Of a stretch of DNA of 64,000 bases, positions 48,990 to 58,389 are shown piece by piece; the first letter of the stretch is position 1, and each line of letters begins with the position of its first letter. A program made the position numbers and the translations under genes. Source of the stretch: Candidatus Heimdallarchaeota archaeon (GTDB lineage: Archaea; Asgardarchaeota; Heimdallarchaeia; Heimdallarchaeales; Heimdallarchaeaceae); assembly GCA_030603365.1 (NCBI GenBank), contig JAUVXV010000005.1, positions 1 to 64,000 on the forward strand. The letters run 5' to 3'. The notes beneath the pieces were generated by a model. That model was given only the letters and a program-made list of their open reading frames with translations. It did no database searches and was not told the origin of the DNA.

Positions 48990-49490
48990 CTATCTATTAC
49001 CTTGATAGAATTTTGAATCGATTGTTAAAGCTGCAGCTAAACCAAAGAGTGGTTCTAAAGGTGGATAAACTGTCACTTTGTATGTGTCTTTTATTCTAAA
49101 GATTTTCTTATCCAAAGTAAATCCTACATTCCCTGATGCATCTCGAGCATTGAATGACCATCCTAAAAGATCTGAAGCTGTATACTGTTGTCCAGCTAAA
49201 TGAACATCAAATTTGATTCCACAAATTCTGATAATTGGAAATTCTACTTCACCGATAATATTTCCTCCTTGTGTAATCTTCCATCTATTCTTGAAGAAGA
49301 AATTTGATTTTATTCTGATTACTTCATTTCCATGTAAATCTTCTATCCAGAGAGTAGGTGTCATTGCAAATATCTGTCTTTTAGCTATGAAGATCTTTTG
49401 TCCTGTTGCTTCATCTACAATATCATAAGTTGCTCTTAAGGCGAGAATTTTTTGGGTTACTTTGAATCCAAATGGTGCGTTTTGTGCCAT
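48990..49490 (-). CDS. LURP-one / scramblase (Tubby-C-like) family protein
   Basis: TQKILALRATYDIVD..G, KKIFRIKDTY.V, terminal hydrophobic helix LA..LTID. Confidence 0.78.
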   Translation of the reverse strand: MAQNAPFGFKVTQKILALRATYDIVDEATGQKIFIAKRQIFAMTPTLWIEDLHGNEVIRIKSNFFFKNRWKITQGGNIIGEVEFPIIRICGIKFDVHLAGQQYTASDLLGWSFNARDASGNVGFTLDKKIFRIKDTYKVTVYPPLEPLFGLAAALTIDSKFYQGNR

Positions 49491-49554
49491 AATTATATAA
49501 AATCTAATATTGTAATTTAAAAGTTATGTAAAAGGAAAAAGAGAATTTGAGGGT

Positions 49555-50298
49555 TCAATATAGTAAAGGAGTGTTCCATTCTCCTTCATTAGTTAGGAAA
49601 AACAAGATCTCGTTAAAGGTATTCATGAAAATAATTCTTTCGAATTCTGTAGAATACTCATTAAACAATCCTCTACTTTCAGTATAGGAAACAGTTTGGT
49701 AAATAACATAATCTGGCATTATGCTAGGATTAATAAAAATCTCTTGAAGTGCATCCTGGATATCGTCAATAGTATATGAATCAACATCTTGGATTGTAAA
49801 ATTAGAGTAAACCTCATAGTTTAGTGCAGAATTTTTGAATGCAAAATAAGTACCTACTTCACCATTATCAAAAACACTCTCTACCCAATCTTCATAAGGT
49901 TGAGAGTCGTTTCCAACACCATAAATTGAGCCATTATATTTTAGATTGATTCTTCGAGGTATAATTTCTCCAGGATTATCAAATGCTGCTGATTTCTTTT
50001 CCCCCGCAAGAATTAACATTACAGAAATATCGATTATTGCATTATCTGGATTCTCAATTATAATCTCTGAGAAATTTATTCCCGCAAAAATGTCTGAATC
50101 GAAGCTGATTTCTTCAGCGATTTCAAGTAAACCCAATTGGAATTCATTTTCTGTGTTGCGATAGACATTAACACTAAAGAAAATATCTGGGAAAACATAG
50201 ATATTAAGCAGAGATAATGTAAATGCAATCACGATGACAGAAGCGGTTCCAATTATTATAGGGTCTTTCTTCATTATAAGGTAATTGGACAGAAGCAT
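49555..50298 (-). CDS. Hypothetical protein with N-terminal membrane anchor
   Basis: One TM followed by an acidic extracellular domain. Confidence 0.55.
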   Translation of the reverse strand: MLLSNYLIMKKDPIIIGTASVIVIAFTLSLLNIYVFPDIFFSVNVYRNTENEFQLGLLEIAEEISFDSDIFAGINFSEIIIENPDNAIIDISVMLILAGEKKSAAFDNPGEIIPRRINLKYNGSIYGVGNDSQPYEDWVESVFDNGEVGTYFAFKNSALNYEVYSNFTIQDVDSYTIDDIQDALQEIFINPSIMPDYVIYQTVSYTESRGLFNEYSTEFERIIFMNTFNEILFFLTNEGEWNTPLLY

Positions 50299-50401
50299 TC
50301 TAAAATATTACTATTCGTTGATTTTCTTTTTCATGTGATCAAAATTTATAGACCGATGATGAAATATATAAAGGGAATAAGAAAACTATAGTTTGATTAC
50401 A

Positions 50402-51232
50402 ATGGTTAAGATAACTTTTGTTAAAATAGGCAATATTACGCTAACAACGCTGATTGATATTATGCTAGATGAAAGAGCAAGCAGAACTGATATAGAATCT
50501 ACTGTAATCAGTTCTTCTACAAAGATGAAACTTTCAGCCGCTGAGAGAATCTTCCCACTGATAGATCAAGTTGAAACTGATCTAATGGTTATGATATCTC
50601 CAAATGCTAACGATAAAGGTCCCCAGTCAGTAATAGACAGGTACAAAGAAAAATACCCTTTGATTGTAGTGTCAGATACAGCTGATAAGGAAGTCAGAGC
50701 AAAGTGGAAAGAAGACGGAGTTGGATACATTATAGCTCCATTCGATCCAATGATAGGCGCAAAAAGAGACTATCTAGATACAACTGAAATGTGCTTGTTT
50801 AACGGGTACATAATCACAGCTTTTAGTGCTTGTGGAGTATTTGCTTATATCACAGAATTACTAGATGGAGTAATTGATCAATTAAAAGCTGGTGAGAAAC
50901 CAACACTACCAACACGCAATATGTCAGGTATAGGTGTAGTTACTAAAGCTTCATTTGCTAATGAATATTCAAGACCTAAAGCTTTAGCCGCATTGAATAT
51001 CTTGAAAGATGCTGGAGATGTCAATGTAAATGGTTGCTTTGTTGAAAAAGATAGAGAAAAAGCTTTAATCAAAGTAGCAGGAGCTCACGAAATGGTTCGT
51101 CAAGCTGCTATATTAGCAGATGAAGTCAGAGAACTTGAAAAAGCTTCAAATCATTTAATCAGAACTCCACATAGTAAAGAAGGAAAACTATTACACAAAA
51201 TGCATTTCTTTGATGAAGCACATGAGAAATAA
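50402..51232 (+). CDS. mtd: F420-dependent methylene-tetrahydromethanopterin dehydrogenase
   Basis: K.GNI...D..LDERA.R.DI, SPN...GP, DPMIGAKR.YLD..EM..FN, KA.AA, GCF, AHEM.R.AA.LADE.RE.EK, RTPH. Confidence 0.9.
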   Translation: MVKITFVKIGNITLTTLIDIMLDERASRTDIESTVISSSTKMKLSAAERIFPLIDQVETDLMVMISPNANDKGPQSVIDRYKEKYPLIVVSDTADKEVRAKWKEDGVGYIIAPFDPMIGAKRDYLDTTEMCLFNGYIITAFSACGVFAYITELLDGVIDQLKAGEKPTLPTRNMSGIGVVTKASFANEYSRPKALAALNILKDAGDVNVNGCFVEKDREKALIKVAGAHEMVRQAAILADEVRELEKASNHLIRTPHSKEGKLLHKMHFFDEAHEK

Positions 51233-51261
51233 CTAAGAGAAAATTCTTCTTAGTTTTTTTC
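51231..51261 (+). terminator. Hairpin and T-tract after mtd
   Basis: aactaaga...tcttagtt followed by a T run. Confidence 0.55.
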
Positions 51262-51307
51262 CTTATTTTTTAGGTACTCTTATATTCAATTTATATGACT
51301 ATAAAAT

Positions 51308-51955
51308 ATGCATATTGTTTTGATAATTTTTCTTGTGATAATTAGTATTCCAGTAATATGGTTTTTACTTCTTCTTACTATTGTGAAACTAATTCGAAAA
51401 ATATATCCCTTTCCGATTCCACAGTTTTTCACTAGATTCATAGACAATCCTATTAGAAGAAAATATTGGCAAGATCCAGAGAAAATTGCTGAAAGGATGG
51501 GTGTAAAACCCGGAGATATTGTAGTTGAAATTGGACCAGGTAAAGGTAGTTATACTAAAGCAGTAGCAAAAAGAATCCTACCTGATGGTAAAGTGTATGC
51601 AATTGATATCCAACAACCTATTTTAGATAGATTGGAAAAACGAATGAAGGAAGAAGAAATAACTAACATCATACCAAAACTAGATGATGCATACAAACTG
51701 TCATTTGATAATGATTCTATTGATGTGATTTTTGCAATTACATGTTTACCTGAAATACCACAACCAGTTGATGTTCTAAAGGAATTCAAGCGAATTCTAA
51801 AACCTGAAGGAGTTATATCTTTATGTGAATTATTTATAGATCCAGATTATCCTTTGAGAAAAACTGAGAAAAGATGGGCAAAAGAAGCTGGACTCATTCT
51901 AAAAGAAAACTATGGTAATTGGTTTGCTTACCAGTTACATTTTGGTAAAGAATAG
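51308..51955 (+). CDS. Class I SAM-dependent methyltransferase with N-terminal TM
   Basis: VVEIGPGKG, VYAIDIQ, SIDVIF, RILKPEG. Confidence 0.88.
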   Translation: MHIVLIIFLVIISIPVIWFLLLLTIVKLIRKIYPFPIPQFFTRFIDNPIRRKYWQDPEKIAERMGVKPGDIVVEIGPGKGSYTKAVAKRILPDGKVYAIDIQQPILDRLEKRMKEEEITNIIPKLDDAYKLSFDNDSIDVIFAITCLPEIPQPVDVLKEFKRILKPEGVISLCELFIDPDYPLRKTEKRWAKEAGLILKENYGNWFAYQLHFGKE

Positions 51956-51980
51956 AGATTTGGAAATCAATCTATTTCAG

Positions 51981-52505
51981 CTACATCACAGCAGCTGTAG
52001 ATGCTACTGCTGCACTTTGTGCACCACGAATAATAGTATCGAGAATTACAGAAGCAAGAATCGCTATTTCTGGTTCAATATTATCGTACACTTCTACTAA
52101 ACATTCTGTTCGCAGGAATTTGACAAATCTTTGAAAAAAGAATGCTAATCTACCATAATTGTCAACAAATTCGAATGAAGAACCCTTTAATCTTGAGCCA
52201 AGATATCTTTTCATTTCAGTTTGTATCTCTGTCTGAGAACTGCAACAGCTTGATGAATAGTCGAGAGTTGCATATCTTACACTATTTTTGAATATTCTAT
52301 ATATTCCAGACCAACCCGATATCTTCTTTGCTGTGAATACTTCTTTACCTGTTGTATCTTGCATAATAAAAGTTGGTTTAAATGCTCCCTCTTTGTAGAT
52401 TTCAAAAATAGCTTCATTGGTAGAGAGGTCTACAACTTCATACCAAGTTCTGAAGATAGATATGTGCGGATAAATAGTAAATCCAAAAGGATTAGCATCT
52501 TCCAT
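51981..52505 (-). CDS. LURP-one / scramblase-family protein (paralog of 48990..49490)
   Basis: NPFGF N-terminus, YEVVD, PT...D..G.EV, EP..A..A...LD. Confidence 0.7.
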   Translation of the reverse strand: MEDANPFGFTIYPHISIFRTWYEVVDLSTNEAIFEIYKEGAFKPTFIMQDTTGKEVFTAKKISGWSGIYRIFKNSVRYATLDYSSSCCSSQTEIQTEMKRYLGSRLKGSSFEFVDNYGRLAFFFQRFVKFLRTECLVEVYDNIEPEIAILASVILDTIIRGAQSAAVASTAAVM

Positions 52506-52565
52506 TTGATAGAGATTAGCTAAAAACTGTTATAAAACTATCCAAATGAAAAAAGAAAAGGAATA

Positions 52566-53861
52566 TTAAGGATATACTCTGTTTCTTGTTCTTGGGAAGG
52601 GAAGTGTTTCTTGAATAGCATCTAATCCACACAACCACCAAGTTAATCTTTCTGCGCCAAGCCCAAAACCAGAATGGGGGACTGAACCATATTTGCGTAG
52701 GTCAATGTACCAGGCATAATCCTTAACAGACCAGCCTTCCAATTTGATTCGACTGATTAATGTTTCTAGAACATCCTCTCTTTGTCCTCCAGTTATAATC
52801 TCTCCGAATCCTTCAGGAGCCATTAGATCTGCTGAATAGCACCATTTGGTGTCATCTTCATGAATCTTAACATAGAATGGTTTGTGATTAGAAGGATAGT
52901 CTCTAACAAAGAAAGGTTCTCCAATTACATTGGATAATTCTCTCTCTTCTTCAGTTTTCAAATCATCATCCCATTTCAAATCGAAACCACTTTCATTTAG
53001 AGTATCAATGGCTTCCTTGTAGCTAATCTTCTTGAAAGGAGCTTTGATTGTTTCTAAAACTGAGGTGTCCCTTTTTAGCTCTTTGAGTTCTTTTGCATTA
53101 TTTTGAAGGACAAATTGGACTATATATGCAACTAATTCTTCTTGAATCTTCATGTTGCCTTCAAAGTCTACAAATGCTTCTTCTCCTTCAATATGCCAGA
53201 ATTCATTGACATGCCTTTTAGTTCTCATCTTCTCTGCTCTAAAGCTAGGAGTTATAGCATATACTTTTTCTAAACTGTAGATGAGTGCTTCAAGATAAAG
53301 TTGAATGCTCTGACTAAGATAAGCGGTTGAATCAAAGTACTTCAGACTGAAGAGTGTTGAGCCTCCTTCACAAGCTGAACCTGTAAGAATAGGTGGAGTA
53401 GTTTCGTAGAAATCATTTTCAAAGAACCATTCTCTTGATGCTCTAAGAACAGAAGCTTTTACTTTCCACACATTTGTAGATTGAAAACTTCTTACAAATA
53501 GATGAGTGTTATCAAGCATGAATTCTTTACTTTTGTCTTTAGCAATAGGAAAGACTTCGCCTTTGTGCATTAACTTGAAATCAATTAATTTAACTTCAAC
53601 ATTATTTACAGCCCTATTATCCTCTACAGGATTACCTTCAACAATAATATAATTCTCAATAGCAGCTTCGTTTAACATCCCCCATGCTTCTGAAGATAAA
53701 GTATCTTCTTTACCAATACATTGGATGATGCCTGAAGCATCACGTAAAACGACAAAGATCTTATCTTTCATTTTACGGATTCGATAGATCCATCCTCGGA
53801 TAATAACTGAATCCTCCGAGGGAATTACTTGTGCTGCACGTGTGAAAGTTTTCTCGGGCAT
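52566..53861 (-). CDS. asnS: Asparagine--tRNA ligase
   Basis: OB-fold RGW..R.R, LSQS.QLYLE, FRAE...T.RH..EFWH, GEIITGGQRE, WY.DLRKYGSVPHSGFGLG.ER. Confidence 0.85.
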   Translation of the reverse strand: MPEKTFTRAAQVIPSEDSVIIRGWIYRIRKMKDKIFVVLRDASGIIQCIGKEDTLSSEAWGMLNEAAIENYIIVEGNPVEDNRAVNNVEVKLIDFKLMHKGEVFPIAKDKSKEFMLDNTHLFVRSFQSTNVWKVKASVLRASREWFFENDFYETTPPILTGSACEGGSTLFSLKYFDSTAYLSQSIQLYLEALIYSLEKVYAITPSFRAEKMRTKRHVNEFWHIEGEEAFVDFEGNMKIQEELVAYIVQFVLQNNAKELKELKRDTSVLETIKAPFKKISYKEAIDTLNESGFDLKWDDDLKTEEERELSNVIGEPFFVRDYPSNHKPFYVKIHEDDTKWCYSADLMAPEGFGEIITGGQREDVLETLISRIKLEGWSVKDYAWYIDLRKYGSVPHSGFGLGAERLTWWLCGLDAIQETLPFPRTRNRVYP

Positions 53862-53986
53862 AAGTTCTCAATATGACTGTCATAAAAAAATGTTAGGGTT
53901 AAGAAGAAAAACATTCGAATTTCTTTGGTAACTGGTTCATGAGTTAAAATTATATACTATCAATTATATTTCAAAAGTGAATCATC

Positions 53987-54745
53987 ATGTGTCGTCTCTT
54001 CCTTAATATAGGTAGAACTGTATCGAAGCAAGCTTTCGAGGAATTCGTTGGGTCCTGTTCCGATTATGTCGGTGGAGTAAAACTTGATGTTCACGAAAGA
54101 AATGAAACTAAACTTGAGCAGCATTCTGATGGCTTTGGGTATGCTTTTGTGAAAGATAATCATTTTGAACTGAGAAGATTTAGAGAACCAATTTATGAAC
54201 GTAATCTTGTAGATGAATGGATGAAAATGGATACAGAGGTCCTTTTTATTCACGCTAGACAAGCTTCTCCTAATATCAAAATTAAACTAACAAACAATCA
54301 TCCTTTTTATTGGTACAATGGTGATGAATATGTTTTTGGTCATAATGGTACTATAAAGAATCAAATCAAGGACTATGATGAACAGAAATTCTACATGAAA
54401 GGTAGTACTGATTCTGAGAAATACTTCTATACATTACTAACAGAAATGGGTTCAAATGAATGGCAGATAAACAAACAAATAACTGACAAAATTTTGGCAA
54501 ATTGGGATTATACTGCTGCGAACTTCATATTGACCTCCCTAACAAAAGCTTGGGTAGGCGTGTTTTACCGAAAAGATCCATTGTATTTTACTATGAAATT
54601 GTATAAAACTGATGATTACATTGTCATAAGTTCTAGCGCAATACCTTCATTGGGTTCCCCCACAGAAAGATTAAGGCATGGTGCTTTGATCGAGATAGAT
54701 ATAGCTAGTAAAAACTACTTCTACTTAAGTGAATTCAGAATTTAA
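53987..54745 (+). CDS. Class II glutamine amidotransferase (YafJ/EgtC-like Ntn hydrolase)
   Basis: N-terminal MCRL, DGFG, HAR.AS, NHPF, HNGTI, GSTDSE. Confidence 0.88.
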   Translation: MCRLFLNIGRTVSKQAFEEFVGSCSDYVGGVKLDVHERNETKLEQHSDGFGYAFVKDNHFELRRFREPIYERNLVDEWMKMDTEVLFIHARQASPNIKIKLTNNHPFYWYNGDEYVFGHNGTIKNQIKDYDEQKFYMKGSTDSEKYFYTLLTEMGSNEWQINKQITDKILANWDYTAANFILTSLTKAWVGVFYRKDPLYFTMKLYKTDDYIVISSSAIPSLGSPTERLRHGALIEIDIASKNYFYLSEFRI

Positions 54746-54756
54746 GCTAGGATGGA

Positions 54757-55353
54757 TTGGTTGTGTCTGATTCTGAAAATGTTGCGAATGGAAAAGGTTC
54801 AAGTATAGATAAAAAGAAGAAACCTTTCAGTTATCGACTTAAGATTTTCTCCATGCAATATCTTGCTCATCATCCTGTCTGTCATAAATTTGACAATCAC
54901 ATATTTAGATTAGGTTCACTATTTCTGTGTGTTGGGTGTTTAAGTGTTATTCTTGGATTCATAACTCACACTGCTGTATTCTTCTCCCTACTTCCTTTTT
55001 TCAGAAGTTTCCCTTATGTTAGTGGGAGCATTGCTGCTTTAGGAGTTGGACTGGCTCTGATTCAGGTCTTTCTAAAACCAAATAATAGATGGTTGAAAAT
55101 AGTGTTCAGATTCAGTTTAGGAATTGGTTTAGGTGCATATACAGCGATTATTGTGTTAGCAGCTAATCTTTCGTATACCATAGGATTTTATGCTATTCTT
55201 ATTCAATTTCTCCTATTTATTTTGCTAATACCTGGAATTTACCTGTATAATGTTATCAGAGGAGCATCACCATATCTAGAATGTAAAGATTGTGAAGATA
55301 AATTCATTGAACCAACTTGTGACTATAATGTTGTATCAAATTACGAATCTTAG
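54757..55353 (+). CDS. Membrane protein with His/Cys motifs (DUF2085-like, putative Zn-binding)
   Basis: AHHPVC..FDNH...LCVGC, 4 TM helices, C-terminal CKDC...C. Confidence 0.6.
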   Translation: MVVSDSENVANGKGSSIDKKKKPFSYRLKIFSMQYLAHHPVCHKFDNHIFRLGSLFLCVGCLSVILGFITHTAVFFSLLPFFRSFPYVSGSIAALGVGLALIQVFLKPNNRWLKIVFRFSLGIGLGAYTAIIVLAANLSYTIGFYAILIQFLLFILLIPGIYLYNVIRGASPYLECKDCEDKFIEPTCDYNVVSNYES

Positions 55354-55362
55354 AAGAAATTT

Positions 55363-55770
55363 TCATTCTTCTTCTGTTTCTTCCTCTAAAGATTCTTGTA
55401 TTTCAATTTGATATCCTTCAGGATCATTGAATACAAATGCTTTGATTTTGATTTCATTGTTGACGAACATTTCAGATAAACCATCAACACTGGCTTGTTT
55501 ACAGTATTCATAGAATGCATCTACATCTGGAACTCTCATGCAAATCTGAACTGGTTTGATTTTATTCCACTTATGCATTCCTTTAGTTTCATCAACTATG
55601 CCCACATATCCAGCTTCAGAAATACGATATATTTTGCAGAATCCTTGATCTATCTCCAATGGGAAATCTAGAAAATCTCCATAAAAATCCATTCCTTTCT
55701 GTAAATCTCTATAATAGATGAAAGTAATGAGTTTGTCAGCTCTGTTTTCTATTAAATCAGGTCTTTTCAT
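55363..55770 (-). CDS. VOC / glyoxalase family protein
   Basis: DL....FY...L, V.DVDAFY, F..DPEGYQIEI. Confidence 0.85.
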   Translation of the reverse strand: MKRPDLIENRADKLITFIYYRDLQKGMDFYGDFLDFPLEIDQGFCKIYRISEAGYVGIVDETKGMHKWNKIKPVQICMRVPDVDAFYEYCKQASVDGLSEMFVNNEIKIKAFVFNDPEGYQIEIQESLEEETEEE

Positions 55771-55904
55771 TTTATTTTCACTTTCATTGTCTCTGATTTC
55801 TAGGTGAATTATTTATATTAATTATATCTTATTAAAATTTGTTGAAAAATTAGAAAAAGAGAGAGTATGAGACTCTCATATGATTTTGTCTTAGATTTAT
55901 CTCG

Positions 55905-56402
55905 TTAGTTTGGTATTAGTAATGTTGCTTCGAAATAATTGACAATTACATCGCCATAAATTATACCGAATAGTTTCATGCCTTCGAAATCTTCAAAACC
56001 TTGCAATGAATATTGACCTGTAAGTTCTCCATTAATGACTCTTATGCTCTTTTTTCCATAAAAGTAACCTGAAAGTTCACCCCATGTAAAATACATCCAA
56101 CTGTCTCCGTTAACGATTACTTCTCCACATTGGTCATCTTTTACATGGAAAAGGGACTCAGTATAACCTGATATTTCCTCATCTCCTATAGTTCCTGCTA
56201 ACCAATGAATATCATAGTAATCTTTTATGTGTATTATCCCATCTTCAATGAAGACTATTGTATATGTAGGCGGTTGTGCTATCCATTCCATGGCATAGAA
56301 CTCTAGTTTTTGTGCTGGTGCAGCTTGGCTAAGCATAGGCATAAGAAATAACCCAAGCATTAAGGCTGTAGCAAAAACGATTGCGAATTTACTTTTTCTC
56401 AT
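55905..56402 (-). CDS. Small secreted beta-rich protein
   Basis: Signal peptide, no C-terminal anchor, SD-like aggtga upstream; resembles 2899..3411. Confidence 0.7.
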   Translation of the reverse strand: MRKSKFAIVFATALMLGLFLMPMLSQAAPAQKLEFYAMEWIAQPPTYTIVFIEDGIIHIKDYYDIHWLAGTIGDEEISGYTESLFHVKDDQCGEVIVNGDSWMYFTWGELSGYFYGKKSIRVINGELTGQYSLQGFEDFEGMKLFGIIYGDVIVNYFEATLLIPN

Positions 56403-56415
56403 TTTATCACCTTAT

Positions 56416-56435
56416 TTGTAACAAAATCGTTACAA
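56416..56435. promoter_or_regulatory. Inverted repeat, candidate repressor site
   Basis: ttgtaac-aaaatc-gttacaa, between a minus-strand TTTATA box (about 56458-56463) and the 56402 start. Confidence 0.5.
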
Positions 56436-56590
56436 GTTATGTAATTTATTTGATACATATAAACATTGTCCATAAGAAGAGGTAATGAAGGAAATTCAGT
56501 AAAAACATCTGATTAATAACACTTTATAGATTTGTTTTATTCTTAAATTTAGCATACTCATCTAATAAGGTCCTAAGTAGAAATGGTTAT

Positions 56591-56741
56591 GTAAGGCACG
56601 CAAACTGTCGCTAAACGGTTTTAATCAGGAAAAGTGATGCTTAGCCTTACTTGTTCAATTTAAACCCCTTCCCTTCTTGTATATGTCTCCTATCAAGAAG
56701 ATAACCTTGGCAACAAGGTTGTTAGAACTAGTGTTTTCACT
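56591..56741 (+). ncRNA. Candidate structured non-coding element (multiple hairpins)
   Basis: gtaaggc/gccttac enclosing aaactgt/acggttt and atca/tgat; then cttcttg/caagaag; then aaccttg-GCAA-caaggtt; then agtg/cact. Confidence 0.4.
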
Positions 56742-56836
56742 GATATTTTTTAATGTATTAGCTATTTAGTTATTTAAAAAAAGAACAAGATATATTTATA
56801 AACTCTAGATGAGAATTAAAGTGATAGAGGGATAGA

Positions 56837-58339
56837 ATGAAGAGAACAAGCATAATTATTTTTTTAGTAATGTCTATATTTTTAATTTCATCAAATGATG
56901 TAGCTACTTCTAACGTTGAAGAATCATTGATTCAACAAGAATTGGAATTGACTATTCCTGAGTTGAATGGATTTGTATCACATGCCCCTATCATTATAAC
57001 CAATGATACACAATTAGAAATTTTCCCAGGTAATGGAACTGAATCAAATCCATACATTATTGAAAATTTCAATATCAATGCAAGTATACATGAAGGTGAA
57101 AGTATTTGCATCTACATTGCAGATGTAACTAAATATGTAATAATACAGAATTGTTATTTAATATCTGACCTTGATGGTATTTTAGTAGCTCGAACAGCTC
57201 AAAATTCTGTTAATATCATTAATAACACTTGTATTTTCAATTCAAGTTATCACTATGAAGGATATGGAATTGATGTGTTTGATACTGAGGGTGTAGATAT
57301 TGTTGATAATTACTGTACTCATTTTGAAGAAGGTATAAGATTAAGGTATTCCGAATATTCGAATGTAACAAGCAATACTTTAGATTTGAATGAACTCAGC
57401 TTAAGAGTAGATTACTCTTACAATTCTACAATAAAAGATAACGCAGTCATTAATCCTATATCACATTATTCAGCTGTGATGATATACAATAGTGATTATT
57501 CAACTTTTGTTGGTAATAATATAACGACAGGAGGATTTTATATTTCTGGGGTTGTAGACACTCTCTATTTTGAAAATAATTTTGTTACAGGGAAGCTTTT
57601 TGGATTCTTTGTAGGGTTCGATAATGTTGTTTTAACTGAACTACTATATGGTCAACTATATCTCTATGAATGCTCAAGCGTAATTATCAGAAATCAGATA
57701 TTGTTCAGCACATCAAGAGCTATAGTACTCAAGAATTGTATGAATATTACAGTAGAGCAAAATGTTCTGAATGATCATGGTCATGGTTTGACTCTCTATA
57801 CAGGTGGTGCAAATACGATAGATAACAATACTTTTTTCAACAATTATCTTGGTTTATATGCGTATTCATCCGATCTCAATGATATAAGCAATAATTTGTT
57901 TGAAGAAAATGAAGCCTTCGGAATCCATCTTCTTTACTGTGAAAGAAACGTAATTCACCATAATTCATTTATCGATAACAATATTGGTAATCCTATGTTT
58001 TCGGAATATCCTGATGCTATTCATTCACAAGCATATGACCAACCACAATACAACATTCTCTCTCATTACATGGATATATGGTATGATGAAGTTACTAACC
58101 AAGGCAACTACTGGAACGACTATACTTTCAATTGTGATGATTCTTATATTGGATATGAAATTGCAGCGGATCCATTAACTCATGAATTCTACTATCAAGA
58201 TATTTACCCATTGTTTGAAGATTTATCCGGATGCTATACTCAAACTCCAACACCTACAGATGATACAAATTTCTCATTAAGTATCTTAATGGTGATAATA
58301 TTTGCATCAGCTGTAATGTATCGAAAAAGAAAAACATAA
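56837..58339 (+). CDS. NosD-like right-handed parallel beta-helix surface protein
   Basis: Signal peptide, HAPI.I, G.GT..NPYIIEN, I..N repeats, GNYW.DY, D.YPL, TM and RKRK. Confidence 0.85.
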   Translation: MKRTSIIIFLVMSIFLISSNDVATSNVEESLIQQELELTIPELNGFVSHAPIIITNDTQLEIFPGNGTESNPYIIENFNINASIHEGESICIYIADVTKYVIIQNCYLISDLDGILVARTAQNSVNIINNTCIFNSSYHYEGYGIDVFDTEGVDIVDNYCTHFEEGIRLRYSEYSNVTSNTLDLNELSLRVDYSYNSTIKDNAVINPISHYSAVMIYNSDYSTFVGNNITTGGFYISGVVDTLYFENNFVTGKLFGFFVGFDNVVLTELLYGQLYLYECSSVIIRNQILFSTSRAIVLKNCMNITVEQNVLNDHGHGLTLYTGGANTIDNNTFFNNYLGLYAYSSDLNDISNNLFEENEAFGIHLLYCERNVIHHNSFIDNNIGNPMFSEYPDAIHSQAYDQPQYNILSHYMDIWYDEVTNQGNYWNDYTFNCDDSYIGYEIAADPLTHEFYYQDIYPLFEDLSGCYTQTPTPTDDTNFSLSILMVIIFASAVMYRKRKT

Positions 58340-58340
58340 A

Positions 58341-58369
58341 TTGAAGGGGATTGAATTACAATCCCTCAA
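58341..58369. terminator. Hairpin between convergent genes
   Basis: gggattg-aatta-caatccc with flanking ttga/tcaa, followed by a T-rich tract. Confidence 0.6.
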
Positions 58370-58389
58370 TCTTTTATTTTCAAAAAACT

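Noticed and set aside
52566-53861. Non-discriminating AspRS instead of AsnRS
   Set aside because: QLYLE, EFWH.E.E and the GEII.G.QRE / WY.DLR.YG motifs fit AsnRS better, though a phylogeny would be decisive.
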